Shown piece by piece: positions 9,866 to 17,486 of a stretch of 55,046 nucleotides of DNA. Source of the stretch: a gamma proteobacterium HTCC2207 (GTDB lineage Bacteria > Pseudomonadota > Gammaproteobacteria > Pseudomonadales > Porticoccaceae). Both the position numbers and the translations under genes were made by a program. Under the pieces are notes generated by a model that made no database searches, was not told the DNA's origin, and was given only the letters and a program-made list of their open reading frames with translations. The first letter of the stretch is position 1. Every line of letters begins with the position of its first letter. The DNA lies in assembly GCA_905182245.1 (NCBI GenBank), contig CAJJAS010000089.1, positions 1-55,046 on the forward strand, read 5' to 3'.

Positions 9866-10552
9866 TTAAATTCCGATTCTTTCGACTTGAGCCAGGGTGA
9901 CAAAATCGCCATCGCCAACCTCAAGGGATAATTCTTGTGACTCTGGATCCCAGCTCACGCTTTTCACCTCGGCCATGGTTGTTACTGGTGCTGTCTCAAG
10001 CTTGCCGTTGCGGACAACACTGGCACTCATCACATAATTGCCATTGGCGGCCAAATCGCCTTCGCGGTTATAACCATTCCAGTTTAAATTCAAACGTCCG
10101 GGTAGCTGTGCACCCTGAGTTTCACGGAACACCAACTCACCAGAAGATGGGTCATAAACACTTAGAATCACTGACTCAGCACCATTGGGCAGATCGATGG
10201 ATCCCTGAGATTGGGCACCGTTGCCACCTTCGAAGAAACCACCTTCAACCGCCACTTTCTTGCCGACCAAATTAGCGCCGGTGAGCATTTGATCCTGGCG
10301 CATACCAGTCACCATGCTTTCAAGAGATCCCTGCATACCTTTGATACCTTCAACAGACGAGAACTGCGCCAGCTGTGCAACAAAGGCTTCGTTGTCCATG
10401 GGGTCAAGGGGGTTCTGGTTAGTAAGCTGTGTCGTGAGCAATGTTAAAAAAGCATCGCGACCAAGCTCGTCCTCTCCCGAAAGAGCGGCAAGTTGCTGAT
10501 CTGCATATTGATCAGTGGTCAAAAATGAGGTGTCTGTAACGCTGGCTACCAT
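9866..10552 (-). CDS. flgD: Flagellar hook capping protein
   Basis: LGRDAFLTLLTTQLTNQNPLDPMDNEAFVAQLAQFSSVEG motif plus a FlgD Ig-like segment (WNGYNREG...GNY). Confidence 0.97.
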   Translation of the reverse strand: MVASVTDTSFLTTDQYADQQLAALSGEDELGRDAFLTLLTTQLTNQNPLDPMDNEAFVAQLAQFSSVEGIKGMQGSLESMVTGMRQDQMLTGANLVGKKVAVEGGFFEGGNGAQSQGSIDLPNGAESVILSVYDPSSGELVFRETQGAQLPGRLNLNWNGYNREGDLAANGNYVMSASVVRNGKLETAPVTTMAEVKSVSWDPESQELSLEVGDGDFVTLAQVERIGI

Positions 10553-10563
10553 TTTAAAATTCC

Positions 10564-10989
10564 TTAAGCTTTCGTGATGTCGAGGGTACGCATCATTAGC
10601 TGGCGCGCCGTATTAACAACTTCAACGTTGTTTTGGTAGCTGCGAGCAGCGCCCATCATGTCAACCATCTCAGTTACTTCATTAACATTTGAAACGTACA
10701 CAAAGCCGTCTTTATCCGCTTTGGGATTGCCAGGATCATGGAGTTTCTGATTCGGGGTGCTGTCATCAACCATGCCACTAACGCGCACACCACCGACAAA
10801 CTGAGCACCCTGAGTGGTCATTTGTTTGTTGAGCAATGTTTCAAAAACCGGGCGTTTAGCTTTAAAGGCATCTGCCTCGCTAGACGCGATGGTTCCCGCA
10901 TTGGCCATATTCGACGCTGTAGCATTCATGCGTACCATCTGAGCGTTAAGTGCCGTTCCGGCGATTCCAAATATATTATTTAATGACAT
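10564..10989 (-). CDS. flgC: Flagellar basal-body rod protein
   Basis: IFGIAGTALNAQMVRMNATASNMANA; HDPGNPKADKDGFVYVSNVNEVTEMVDMMGAARSYQNN. Confidence 0.97.
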   Translation of the reverse strand: MSLNNIFGIAGTALNAQMVRMNATASNMANAGTIASSEADAFKAKRPVFETLLNKQMTTQGAQFVGGVRVSGMVDDSTPNQKLHDPGNPKADKDGFVYVSNVNEVTEMVDMMGAARSYQNNVEVVNTARQLMMRTLDITKA

Positions 10990-10994
10990 GTTTA

Positions 10995-11381
10995 TTAATC
11001 TCCTCGCAAGGCTTTGCGAATTCCGCTGATGTCAGATTCTAAAAAGCGCAATGTCGCCTGATACTGTGCTGCTGCTTTACCGTATTTGGCCTGCTCAACA
11101 CTCATCTCTACCGTGTTGCCATCCAGCGCCGTGTTAAACGGTATGGTGTAAACTCGGTCGGCCTGACTCAGTGGCTCTGCAGATTCAATATGTGCAGAAT
11201 GAGTAGAAGCTAACCGGCGGTCTGACTGAGTGTCGTCAAGCACCTTCTTAAAATCGATGTCTTGGGCTTTATAATGAGGTGTGTCGACATTGGCGATATT
11301 GCGGGAAATAACTTCCATACGCTGACTGCGCATATCAAGTGCGCGTTCGTGGATGCCAAAAGCCGAATCAAACAATTTCAT
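10995..11381 (-). CDS. flgB: Flagellar basal-body rod protein
   Basis: HERALDMRSQRMEVISRNIANVDTPHYKAQDIDF; LDGNTVEM. Confidence 0.97.
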   Translation of the reverse strand: MKLFDSAFGIHERALDMRSQRMEVISRNIANVDTPHYKAQDIDFKKVLDDTQSDRRLASTHSAHIESAEPLSQADRVYTIPFNTALDGNTVEMSVEQAKYGKAAAQYQATLRFLESDISGIRKALRGD

Positions 11382-11472
11382 ATCAACCTCGTTAAGTATT
11401 TAAATGTTGTGTCGATTGATTACCTGACACTGATTTGATGTGTTGGAAAAAAATACTGACTAACTCAAGTAA

Positions 11473-11488
11473 TGCAAAACAGATGCCA
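11473..11488 (-). promoter_or_regulatory. Sigma54 (-24/-12) promoter for the flgB operon
   Basis: Minus strand TGGCAT-CTGTT-TTGCA fits TGGCAC-N5-TTGCW, about 90 bp upstream of flgB. Confidence 0.85.
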
Positions 11489-11530
11489 ACTTAGCTGGCA
11501 ATGCCACATTTGCATCATCAAATGCATTAA

Positions 11531-11543
11531 AATCAATGGGTTA
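11531..11543 (+). promoter_or_regulatory. Putative IHF site upstream of the flgB sigma54 promoter
   Basis: AATCAATGGGTTA is a perfect WATCAANNNNTTR match and lies between the promoter and candidate activator sites. Confidence 0.6.
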
Positions 11544-11661
11544 CAATATCAAAAAAGATTCAGAACTTAATCAATTGCCACTTTTGTGGCTGAGTCTTGC
11601 CGCTGTTCCTTGCCGCTCTGTCGGTATTGCGTCACCCCGACCTGTGCTCCATACTCGGCCT

Positions 11662-12735
11662 ATGCTCAAACCAATATTTTTACTCATTACGCTACTCGTT
11701 ACGCTGGCCTTAAGCCCCTTTGTCGCCGCCCAAGAATCGACGTTATCCGCCAATAAGCAGCTGTTTATTCAGCAGGCTCAGGCATGGGTGTCTGGGCAGG
11801 AACAGGTAAGTCCAAGCCAGATATCGATCGCCGCTATGGATCGCCGCTTAAAGGTACCTATCTGTGCCGAGTCTTTTAGCTTTAGCTTTCCCTATCCATC
11901 GAGCACCCAGACATTGCGTGCCCAGTGTTTGGCCAGCGGCTGGCAAGCATTTGTTGGCGTAAGCATTTTTCGGCAGGCAAAAGGCTTTGTCTTTGTGCGT
12001 GATATGGATGCAGGAGACAGCCCCAATGCGAATGACCTGCGGCCTACCGTTGTGGGGCGTCCAGTCAAAGGCCTTGTCGATAATTTACAGACACTTGAAA
12101 AACACAGCCTGCGCACAGCGGTAACCGCAGGTGAGGTACTTAACAGCCGCCACCTAGTGGAGACCGCCACTGTATTTGAGCTGCGCCGGGACATGCTGGC
12201 AGAAGAGATTATTGGGCCCACCGACATTAGGCGCGTGACTCGAGGCCTACCCATGACGTCAAGTAGTCAGCGTTTTCCCGCAAGGCTCTTAGATGAGGCC
12301 ATTGCAGCGAGAGACTTACGGGCTGGGCAACTGCTTTCGCGCTCGGATCTGCGCATAAAGCATCGCGTAGTTACCAGTACGGCGACATTGACCCATGGGC
12401 AAAAGCTAAGCCCAGAGAATACCGCGATACGGGATTATTACGGCAAACTCCCCAGAGACGTCTTGCAATCGATGGCCGATATTAAGCAGATGGAGGCGAT
12501 TCGCACCATTAGAACCGGGCAATTATTACGCGCCTCAGACCTGAGGGCCGCTGCTCTGGTAAAGAAAGGCGATAGTGTCAAACTGACGGTAGGCGCTGGG
12601 CTGCTTAACATCACTGTTACTCTAGTCGCTCTCGAAAGTGGCAAGCAGGGAGAGCAGATTACTATGCTGAACCCGGAATCTAACGAGCAGGTGCGCGGGA
12701 TAGTCACGGGGCCGGGCCAGGCTAGCGGGCTTTAA
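11662..12735 (+). CDS. flgA: P-ring chaperone FlgA, extended, with three SAF-like repeats
   Basis: Divergent from flgB and upstream of flgM. Probable start is ATG 11662 (signal peptide MLKPIFLL...AAQE); the ORF is open from 11536. Contains MDRRLKVPIC and the C-terminal LVKKGDSVKL...ALESGKQGEQITMLNPESNEQVRGIVTGPG. Confidence 0.88.
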   Translation: MLKPIFLLITLLVTLALSPFVAAQESTLSANKQLFIQQAQAWVSGQEQVSPSQISIAAMDRRLKVPICAESFSFSFPYPSSTQTLRAQCLASGWQAFVGVSIFRQAKGFVFVRDMDAGDSPNANDLRPTVVGRPVKGLVDNLQTLEKHSLRTAVTAGEVLNSRHLVETATVFELRRDMLAEEIIGPTDIRRVTRGLPMTSSSQRFPARLLDEAIAARDLRAGQLLSRSDLRIKHRVVTSTATLTHGQKLSPENTAIRDYYGKLPRDVLQSMADIKQMEAIRTIRTGQLLRASDLRAAALVKKGDSVKLTVGAGLLNITVTLVALESGKQGEQITMLNPESNEQVRGIVTGPGQASGL

Positions 12736-12801
12736 AGCCGAAAGCCTGTTAGGCTTATAGTCAGATATAAAGGGTCAATTAAAATTAATTTACTTTTCCC
12801 C

Positions 12802-12828
12802 TAAAGAATTCTAAAGTGCTGTCGACTT
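12802..12828 (+). promoter_or_regulatory. Sigma28 promoter for flgM-flgN
   Basis: TAAA-N15-GTCGACTT against consensus TAAA-N15-GCCGATAA; about 50 bp before flgM. Confidence 0.65.
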
Positions 12829-12877
12829 ACTAAGAGAGAAGACTAATATCTGGTGATAAGCCAGTAGGAGTAAGACC

Positions 12878-13180
12878 ATGACAGACCCAATTTCTAATCT
12901 TGGCAGAGCCGCCGTTCAGGTAAATTCCGGCGCCGACAAGATAAACAGCAATAAAGCCAATAATGCTGCCCAACCGGCGGTTGAGAAGGCCCCTGTGCGA
13001 CCGGCCACTGACGAAGTTATTCTCAGTGAAGCGGCCGAGAGCGCCCTGGCTGATACTGCATTTGATTCCGCTAAGGTAGATCGCATTAAGCAGGCCATCC
13101 AAGAGGGCAACTACCCACTAGATGCCAAGCGTATTGCTGAAAGCTTTTTGTCACTTGAGCGCATGATTGGCGGCAAGTAG
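12878..13180 (+). CDS. flgM: Anti-sigma28 factor
   Basis: DEVILS...FDSAKVDRIKQAIQEGNYPLDAKRIAESFL. Confidence 0.95.
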   Translation: MTDPISNLGRAAVQVNSGADKINSNKANNAAQPAVEKAPVRPATDEVILSEAAESALADTAFDSAKVDRIKQAIQEGNYPLDAKRIAESFLSLERMIGGK

Positions 13181-13187
13181 ATAACGC

Positions 13188-13619
13188 ATGACGACCACGG
13201 ATACAGAGTACCTCGCTCAGACCCTGCACAAAGCGAATGCCCTTAAGGCGGTACTGGACAAAGAGTTCAGTGCCCTTAAAGAGCAGGACCTGACGGCTTT
13301 TGAAACCCTGCAAGCGCAAAAACTTGAAATTCTTACGTTTCTCTCCAGCGATGACCTTCTTGAGCGCGTCAAAGCCTATACAGAAAACAGTGACACCGCC
13401 GCCGCTAACCTGGCTCTCTGGGATGAGGTAATGCAGCTGATTGCCGAATGCAGAGACCTGCACCGACGCAATGAAGTCTTAATCAGTCGCAAGTTAGATT
13501 CCATTCGGGGCGCACTACAGACCATTCAGTCAACAGACGCCCTAAGCAGCGTAGAAGTCTATGATCGATTGGGTAAGATTCGCCAGGGCCGCAGTCGCCA
13601 AAGTATGGGCGATGCCTAG
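13188..13619 (+). CDS. flgN: Flagellar export chaperone
   Basis: Follows flgM; helical; LDKEFSALKEQD, ECRDLHRRNEVLI, VYDRLGK. Confidence 0.88.
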   Translation: MTTTDTEYLAQTLHKANALKAVLDKEFSALKEQDLTAFETLQAQKLEILTFLSSDDLLERVKAYTENSDTAAANLALWDEVMQLIAECRDLHRRNEVLISRKLDSIRGALQTIQSTDALSSVEVYDRLGKIRQGRSRQSMGDA

Positions 13620-13627
13620 GGCACTCT

Positions 13628-13897
13628 TTACCGCTCTGGCTCCATGCCTTTGAGCCAGTAAACCCAAGACAAAATTACTGCTACAGCAACATACAAATTC
13701 TCCGGAATCTCATCCTTTAATTCCAGCTGACTCAGCAACGCCACTAGCTGGGCATCCTCGGCAATATGAATACCCTGCCTTTTAGCCTCGGCAATAATAT
13801 CCTCAGCAACCAACCCCTCGCCTTTTGCCGTAAGAATAGGCGCAGCATTTTTACCGTACTCCAGCGCCACTGCCCTTTTTGTTGGTTTATAGCTCAT
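13628..13897 (-). CDS. Stand-alone FlhB C-terminal-like protein (EscU/YscU/HrcU family)
   Basis: AVALEYGKNAAPILTAKGEGLVAEDII...EIPENLYVAVAVILSWVY aligns by eye with the C-terminus of FlhB in this window (AVALSYD...APVVVAKG...VPESLYYAVAQVIAYVF). Confidence 0.9.
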   Translation of the reverse strand: MSYKPTKRAVALEYGKNAAPILTAKGEGLVAEDIIAEAKRQGIHIAEDAQLVALLSQLELKDEIPENLYVAVAVILSWVYWLKGMEPER

Positions 13898-15021
13898 GTG
13901 CGCACATCCACAACGTGTCCAGGACCAGACAGTCGCGCATCTAGGGTAGGTCTTATGGCATTGAGCACCGACAGCTTAGTCAGCTGCAGACCAAAGGCCT
14001 TTAACTCTTGTTCAAGTCCAAGGGTAGCCGTTCGTGCCATGGCCGCCACATGGGGACGCTGCACCCACATGATCATCTCCAAACTCGCGGTGTCCTTTAG
14101 GGTTGTTTTTAGCCATAGCTCCCCAAGTACCTCAGAGTCTGTGTGCAGATTTATCACCCAGTCGGACTCTTCCTGCTCTGGACTAGAAGCGCCCCGCTCA
14201 AGGTGCACCTCCACCGGGTTGGAATCCCCAAACGGCAATACAAAATGATATGAAATTTCACGATTTTGTTGGGCCTGTAAACTTTCAATCTGACGACTTT
14301 CAATTTCATCAATGGCCATCTCGATATTTCCGACGGCCGACTGCAGGGGCATATTGCGCAACAAATTACGCAGTAGCTGTTTGAGATCGGTACGCTGTGG
14401 TGACTGAGAGCCTAATAAAAACTCGCCAAAAAGGCCGGAATTTAATAGCGCATTTTTAACCGCATCACCAGACAACCCCCCCATACTCTGACGCAGCTGG
14501 CCCAGGCCAGATTGAGCGGGTAAATGTGCCACTTGGCTCAGTAAAAGTTCAAGACCACCGGGCTTAAAAAGCTGACTCAACATAGAGGGCTGATCGGGGC
14601 GATAAAGTAAACTTAACAGACGTGGTGAGGTGCCGGTCAGTGAGGAAGCGCCTGTGGATGCGAGCCCTGTGGATGAGAGTACTGTTGGCGAGAGTACTGT
14701 AGACGAAAGCGGTGCAGAAGAGATACCCGGCGTCGGTGCCTGACTAATAGCGCGCAAAGAACGGCCATAAACAGAGCTCTCATAACGAAAGTCAATTTTG
14801 TCACCAGGTTTGAACTTTTTGCTTGCGGACCATTCGAATTCTTGATTGTTAAAAATCAACTTAAGTAGGCCGTTGCGATTTTCAATCACACCACGAATAA
14901 TTTGGTTATCTCGCAAACCGACATTTTTTGCCATCTGTTCAGAGACACGCACCGCAACAACCCCCTCCAAAAAAATAGGCGTTGGGCGGGTGGCAAAATT
15001 TAGCTGCTCTGGACCTAGCAC
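13894..15021 (-). CDS. Second FliK-like protein (hook-length-control C-terminal-like domain)
   Basis: ALLNSGLFGE motif and C-terminal WVINLHTDSEVLGELWL...LEQELKAFGLQL; overlaps the FlhB-C gene (ATGA), a common pairing. Confidence 0.65.
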   Translation of the reverse strand: MLGPEQLNFATRPTPIFLEGVVAVRVSEQMAKNVGLRDNQIIRGVIENRNGLLKLIFNNQEFEWSASKKFKPGDKIDFRYESSVYGRSLRAISQAPTPGISSAPLSSTVLSPTVLSSTGLASTGASSLTGTSPRLLSLLYRPDQPSMLSQLFKPGGLELLLSQVAHLPAQSGLGQLRQSMGGLSGDAVKNALLNSGLFGEFLLGSQSPQRTDLKQLLRNLLRNMPLQSAVGNIEMAIDEIESRQIESLQAQQNREISYHFVLPFGDSNPVEVHLERGASSPEQEESDWVINLHTDSEVLGELWLKTTLKDTASLEMIMWVQRPHVAAMARTATLGLEQELKAFGLQLTKLSVLNAIRPTLDARLSGPGHVVDVRT

Positions 15022-15057
15022 CTAGCCAACTTTATTACCGCAGTAAACTTTTTCACC

Positions 15058-15558
15058 CTAGGGAAAACTTACCCAGGACTTGCGCTCATCACGCGCCAAT
15101 TTTTTGGCGTTAAGTTTATTACTGCTCTTGGTAAAAATAACATTATGAATATCTGTACTGTCAGGTAATTTTATTTTTTTATTGGCGTACATCCAGTTTG
15201 GATTTTTACGCTTAAAAGCATGCGGATTGGCCTGCACTACGGCAGCACGTAAAATCTTTTTACGCAGCGGCATATTAGGTAATACTTTCGCGATAATGCC
15301 ATCTAAGGTTTCGCCGTGACGGATCATATAGTATCCATCATCTGTCAATTCAGCACTTTCGCTCAGCGCGGGCTTAAGCCGCTTTATATCTTTAAAGAGC
15401 TGGGCCAATGCTTTATCCGTACTGGCGGTCTGTGCGTGTGCCGTGCCAGCAGAAAATGCGGCAGCTAACCCTGATGCAACAATAGAAATAACACCGATTA
15501 GAAATGCTTTACGTAAAAACATCATGATGTTATTGAATAATTCTTTTATGCCGTTCAT
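15058..15558 (-). CDS. Secreted protein with a FimV-type LysM-like domain
   Basis: Signal peptide ending AGTAHA; YMIRHGETLDGII...AVVQANPHAFKRKNPNWMYANKKIKLP resembles the FimV N-terminal LysM region. Confidence 0.65.
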   Translation of the reverse strand: MNGIKELFNNIMMFLRKAFLIGVISIVASGLAAAFSAGTAHAQTASTDKALAQLFKDIKRLKPALSESAELTDDGYYMIRHGETLDGIIAKVLPNMPLRKKILRAAVVQANPHAFKRKNPNWMYANKKIKLPDSTDIHNVIFTKSSNKLNAKKLARDERKSWVSFP

Positions 15559-15592
15559 TTTTTAATTTCCATTTTTACGTTTGACACATTGT

Positions 15593-16795
15593 TTAAAAAT
15601 GCAATGCAACACTACGACTAACATTACCGGCCCACTGGGGCCCAGCAATATGTTTTAGAGTCGCAGAGTGGTTTGCAACAGACTGAACCTCGGCAAGCGC
15701 TAAACCAGCAAGCCCAGACATACTTAACACCTGATTTAAAATTTTCTCATCGGTACTAATTAAAAACTGATCGCCCACTTTAATACCTGCAACCTCGCCC
15801 GCATTGATACTGGCAACATTAGAGGCGCCGGGAATTTTTGCCATCTGATAAAATTCGGTTTGGCAATCCATGGTTACATTAACATCCGCGATTAAACGCT
15901 GGGTTGCCTTCGCCACTTGCTGAGAAAATTTAAGGGGTACTGAATCTTTTGAATAGCCGCGATCAACCCTGGGGTAATTCACCGGTAAGGTTTTGCTCCA
16001 TAGGGGAATACCCCGGGCGCGATCAACCAGAGTCAATTCGTATTCTAAGGCTACGCCTGACCATGGCTGGTGAAAATTGAGCTCGGGTAATTTTTTAGCA
16101 GCCCAGGCGCCGGCATCGTAGCCGCTGAGCAAGCCATGATGCAGGCCTTTTTCTCCGAGGTTGGTAACGGATCGAAGTGGGTCACGCTCTCGCATCACAA
16201 TGTCAAAACGATAGGGAACCTGATCGACTGCACTGCCAGACAAAAAACGTCCATATGAATTGCTGTATTTCGTTTCGGTTTTAACGGACCAGTCATTGGA
16301 CGCAGCTAAGGCCTTTAACAAAGTCTGCTCGGATGCACGGGCAAGCTCAGACATATAATGATCGCCCACTCGACTGTTGGCGGTTCTATTCACAACTCTA
16401 ACACTTGCCTCGCGACGAATTTCAGGTCTGGATCCCGGGCAGCTTGGGTCAGATAAAATACTGGCATCCACCTTGGCGATAGCAATACCCGCTTCTTCTA
16501 AATAAGAGAGAACTCTTACACCACGGACTAAAGAATCACTCGACAGAATGGATGACTCATGGAGCACCCCCGCCGCATCTAGGTAGGCCGTGGAACCCAA
16601 TTTCACATCAGTTTCAAGTGCCAGATCGACCAACGCCTGCTTCACAGCCTGTAACTTATCGGACGCACTGAGGTGGGTGTCGAGAGCAGAGGCCGGTGCA
16701 ATGGCGAACGTAGAAACCAGAAGCCATACCAATACAGGCACTGTTCTACGCATAGACGTCTTAGGGGCTAGCATCTTGAGAAATTGGATCGACAT
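15593..16795 (-). CDS. Divergent FlgT-like periplasmic protein
   Basis: Signal peptide; AVKQAL near the N-terminus; Cys pattern; C-terminal MDC...ASINAGEVAGIKVGDQFLI...AEVQSV resembles the FlgT C-terminal domain; directly follows flgP. Confidence 0.6.
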   Translation of the reverse strand: MSIQFLKMLAPKTSMRRTVPVLVWLLVSTFAIAPASALDTHLSASDKLQAVKQALVDLALETDVKLGSTAYLDAAGVLHESSILSSDSLVRGVRVLSYLEEAGIAIAKVDASILSDPSCPGSRPEIRREASVRVVNRTANSRVGDHYMSELARASEQTLLKALAASNDWSVKTETKYSNSYGRFLSGSAVDQVPYRFDIVMRERDPLRSVTNLGEKGLHHGLLSGYDAGAWAAKKLPELNFHQPWSGVALEYELTLVDRARGIPLWSKTLPVNYPRVDRGYSKDSVPLKFSQQVAKATQRLIADVNVTMDCQTEFYQMAKIPGASNVASINAGEVAGIKVGDQFLISTDEKILNQVLSMSGLAGLALAEVQSVANHSATLKHIAGPQWAGNVSRSVALHF

Positions 16796-16801
16796 AATGG
16801 C

Positions 16802-17269
16802 TTAGTTACCCATGCCACTGCCGAGCTGCTCAAGATAGAGCGCGCGTAAATCATTTACGATGCCACGCTTGAGTGACAGGGTGGTTTCGTAGGTGTCGTC
16901 GCCAACTGGAGTAATGCTAACCAGCTGGGCGCCATAGATAACGCCCTGTACGCGAGCACGGAACGAATCGCTCTCCACAACCATCTGGGCAACCGTGGTG
17001 TTGGCATCGAGGTACTGGCCATAGACCTGTTCCATCAATGTGCGATAAGCATCGAGCTTGGAGGCACGAATGGACAGCAAACGCTGTTGAGCAGGGTTGT
17101 CATGCTGCTGAATACTAATAACCGCATAACCTGTGGCAAGAATATTTCTATTCTGATCAACCATGGCCTCAAGAATTGCATTGTCGTATTTTTCTTGGTT
17201 AGTGGCACAGCCGGTTAAAAATAGTCCGAGCATAATAGTGGTAACGGCTTTCGCGACAATATGTTTCAT
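16802..17269 (-). CDS. flgP: Flagellar lipoprotein FlgP (LPP20 family)
   Basis: Lipobox LTGC; ATGYAVISIQ...QQRLLSIRASKLDAYRTLMEQVYGQ...VQGVIYGA...DTYETTLSL matches my recall of Vibrio FlgP. ORF is open from 17281. Confidence 0.85.
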   Translation of the reverse strand: MKHIVAKAVTTIMLGLFLTGCATNQEKYDNAILEAMVDQNRNILATGYAVISIQQHDNPAQQRLLSIRASKLDAYRTLMEQVYGQYLDANTTVAQMVVESDSFRARVQGVIYGAQLVSITPVGDDTYETTLSLKRGIVNDLRALYLEQLGSGMGN

Positions 17270-17386
17270 CTTGCTTCCCATGGTTTATCCAGCGTTGAAT
17301 CAATGTTTTCCTTCTTGCTTGTAGTATCGGCAGTAAGGCGAGTGTCTTTAGGGTTAATAGTGTTTTCTCTTGCCCCTGTCCCGGTC

Positions 17387-17402
17387 TGGCACAGTTATTG
17401 CT
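17387..17402 (+). promoter_or_regulatory. Sigma54 promoter for the flhA operon
   Basis: TGGCAC-AGTTA-TTGCT, a perfect consensus 85 bp before flhA. Confidence 0.9.
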
Positions 17403-17486
17403 CTATATCCATTAGAGGCGAGAACATATCTGATTCGCCAAACAGAACAATCTGTTAACTAACTGTTTTTATTAAGGTTTTATTAC

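Noticed and set aside
11382-11472. c-di-GMP riboswitch in the flgB leader
   Set aside because: No GEMM-like conserved motifs or stems are visible; the leader is simply AT-rich.
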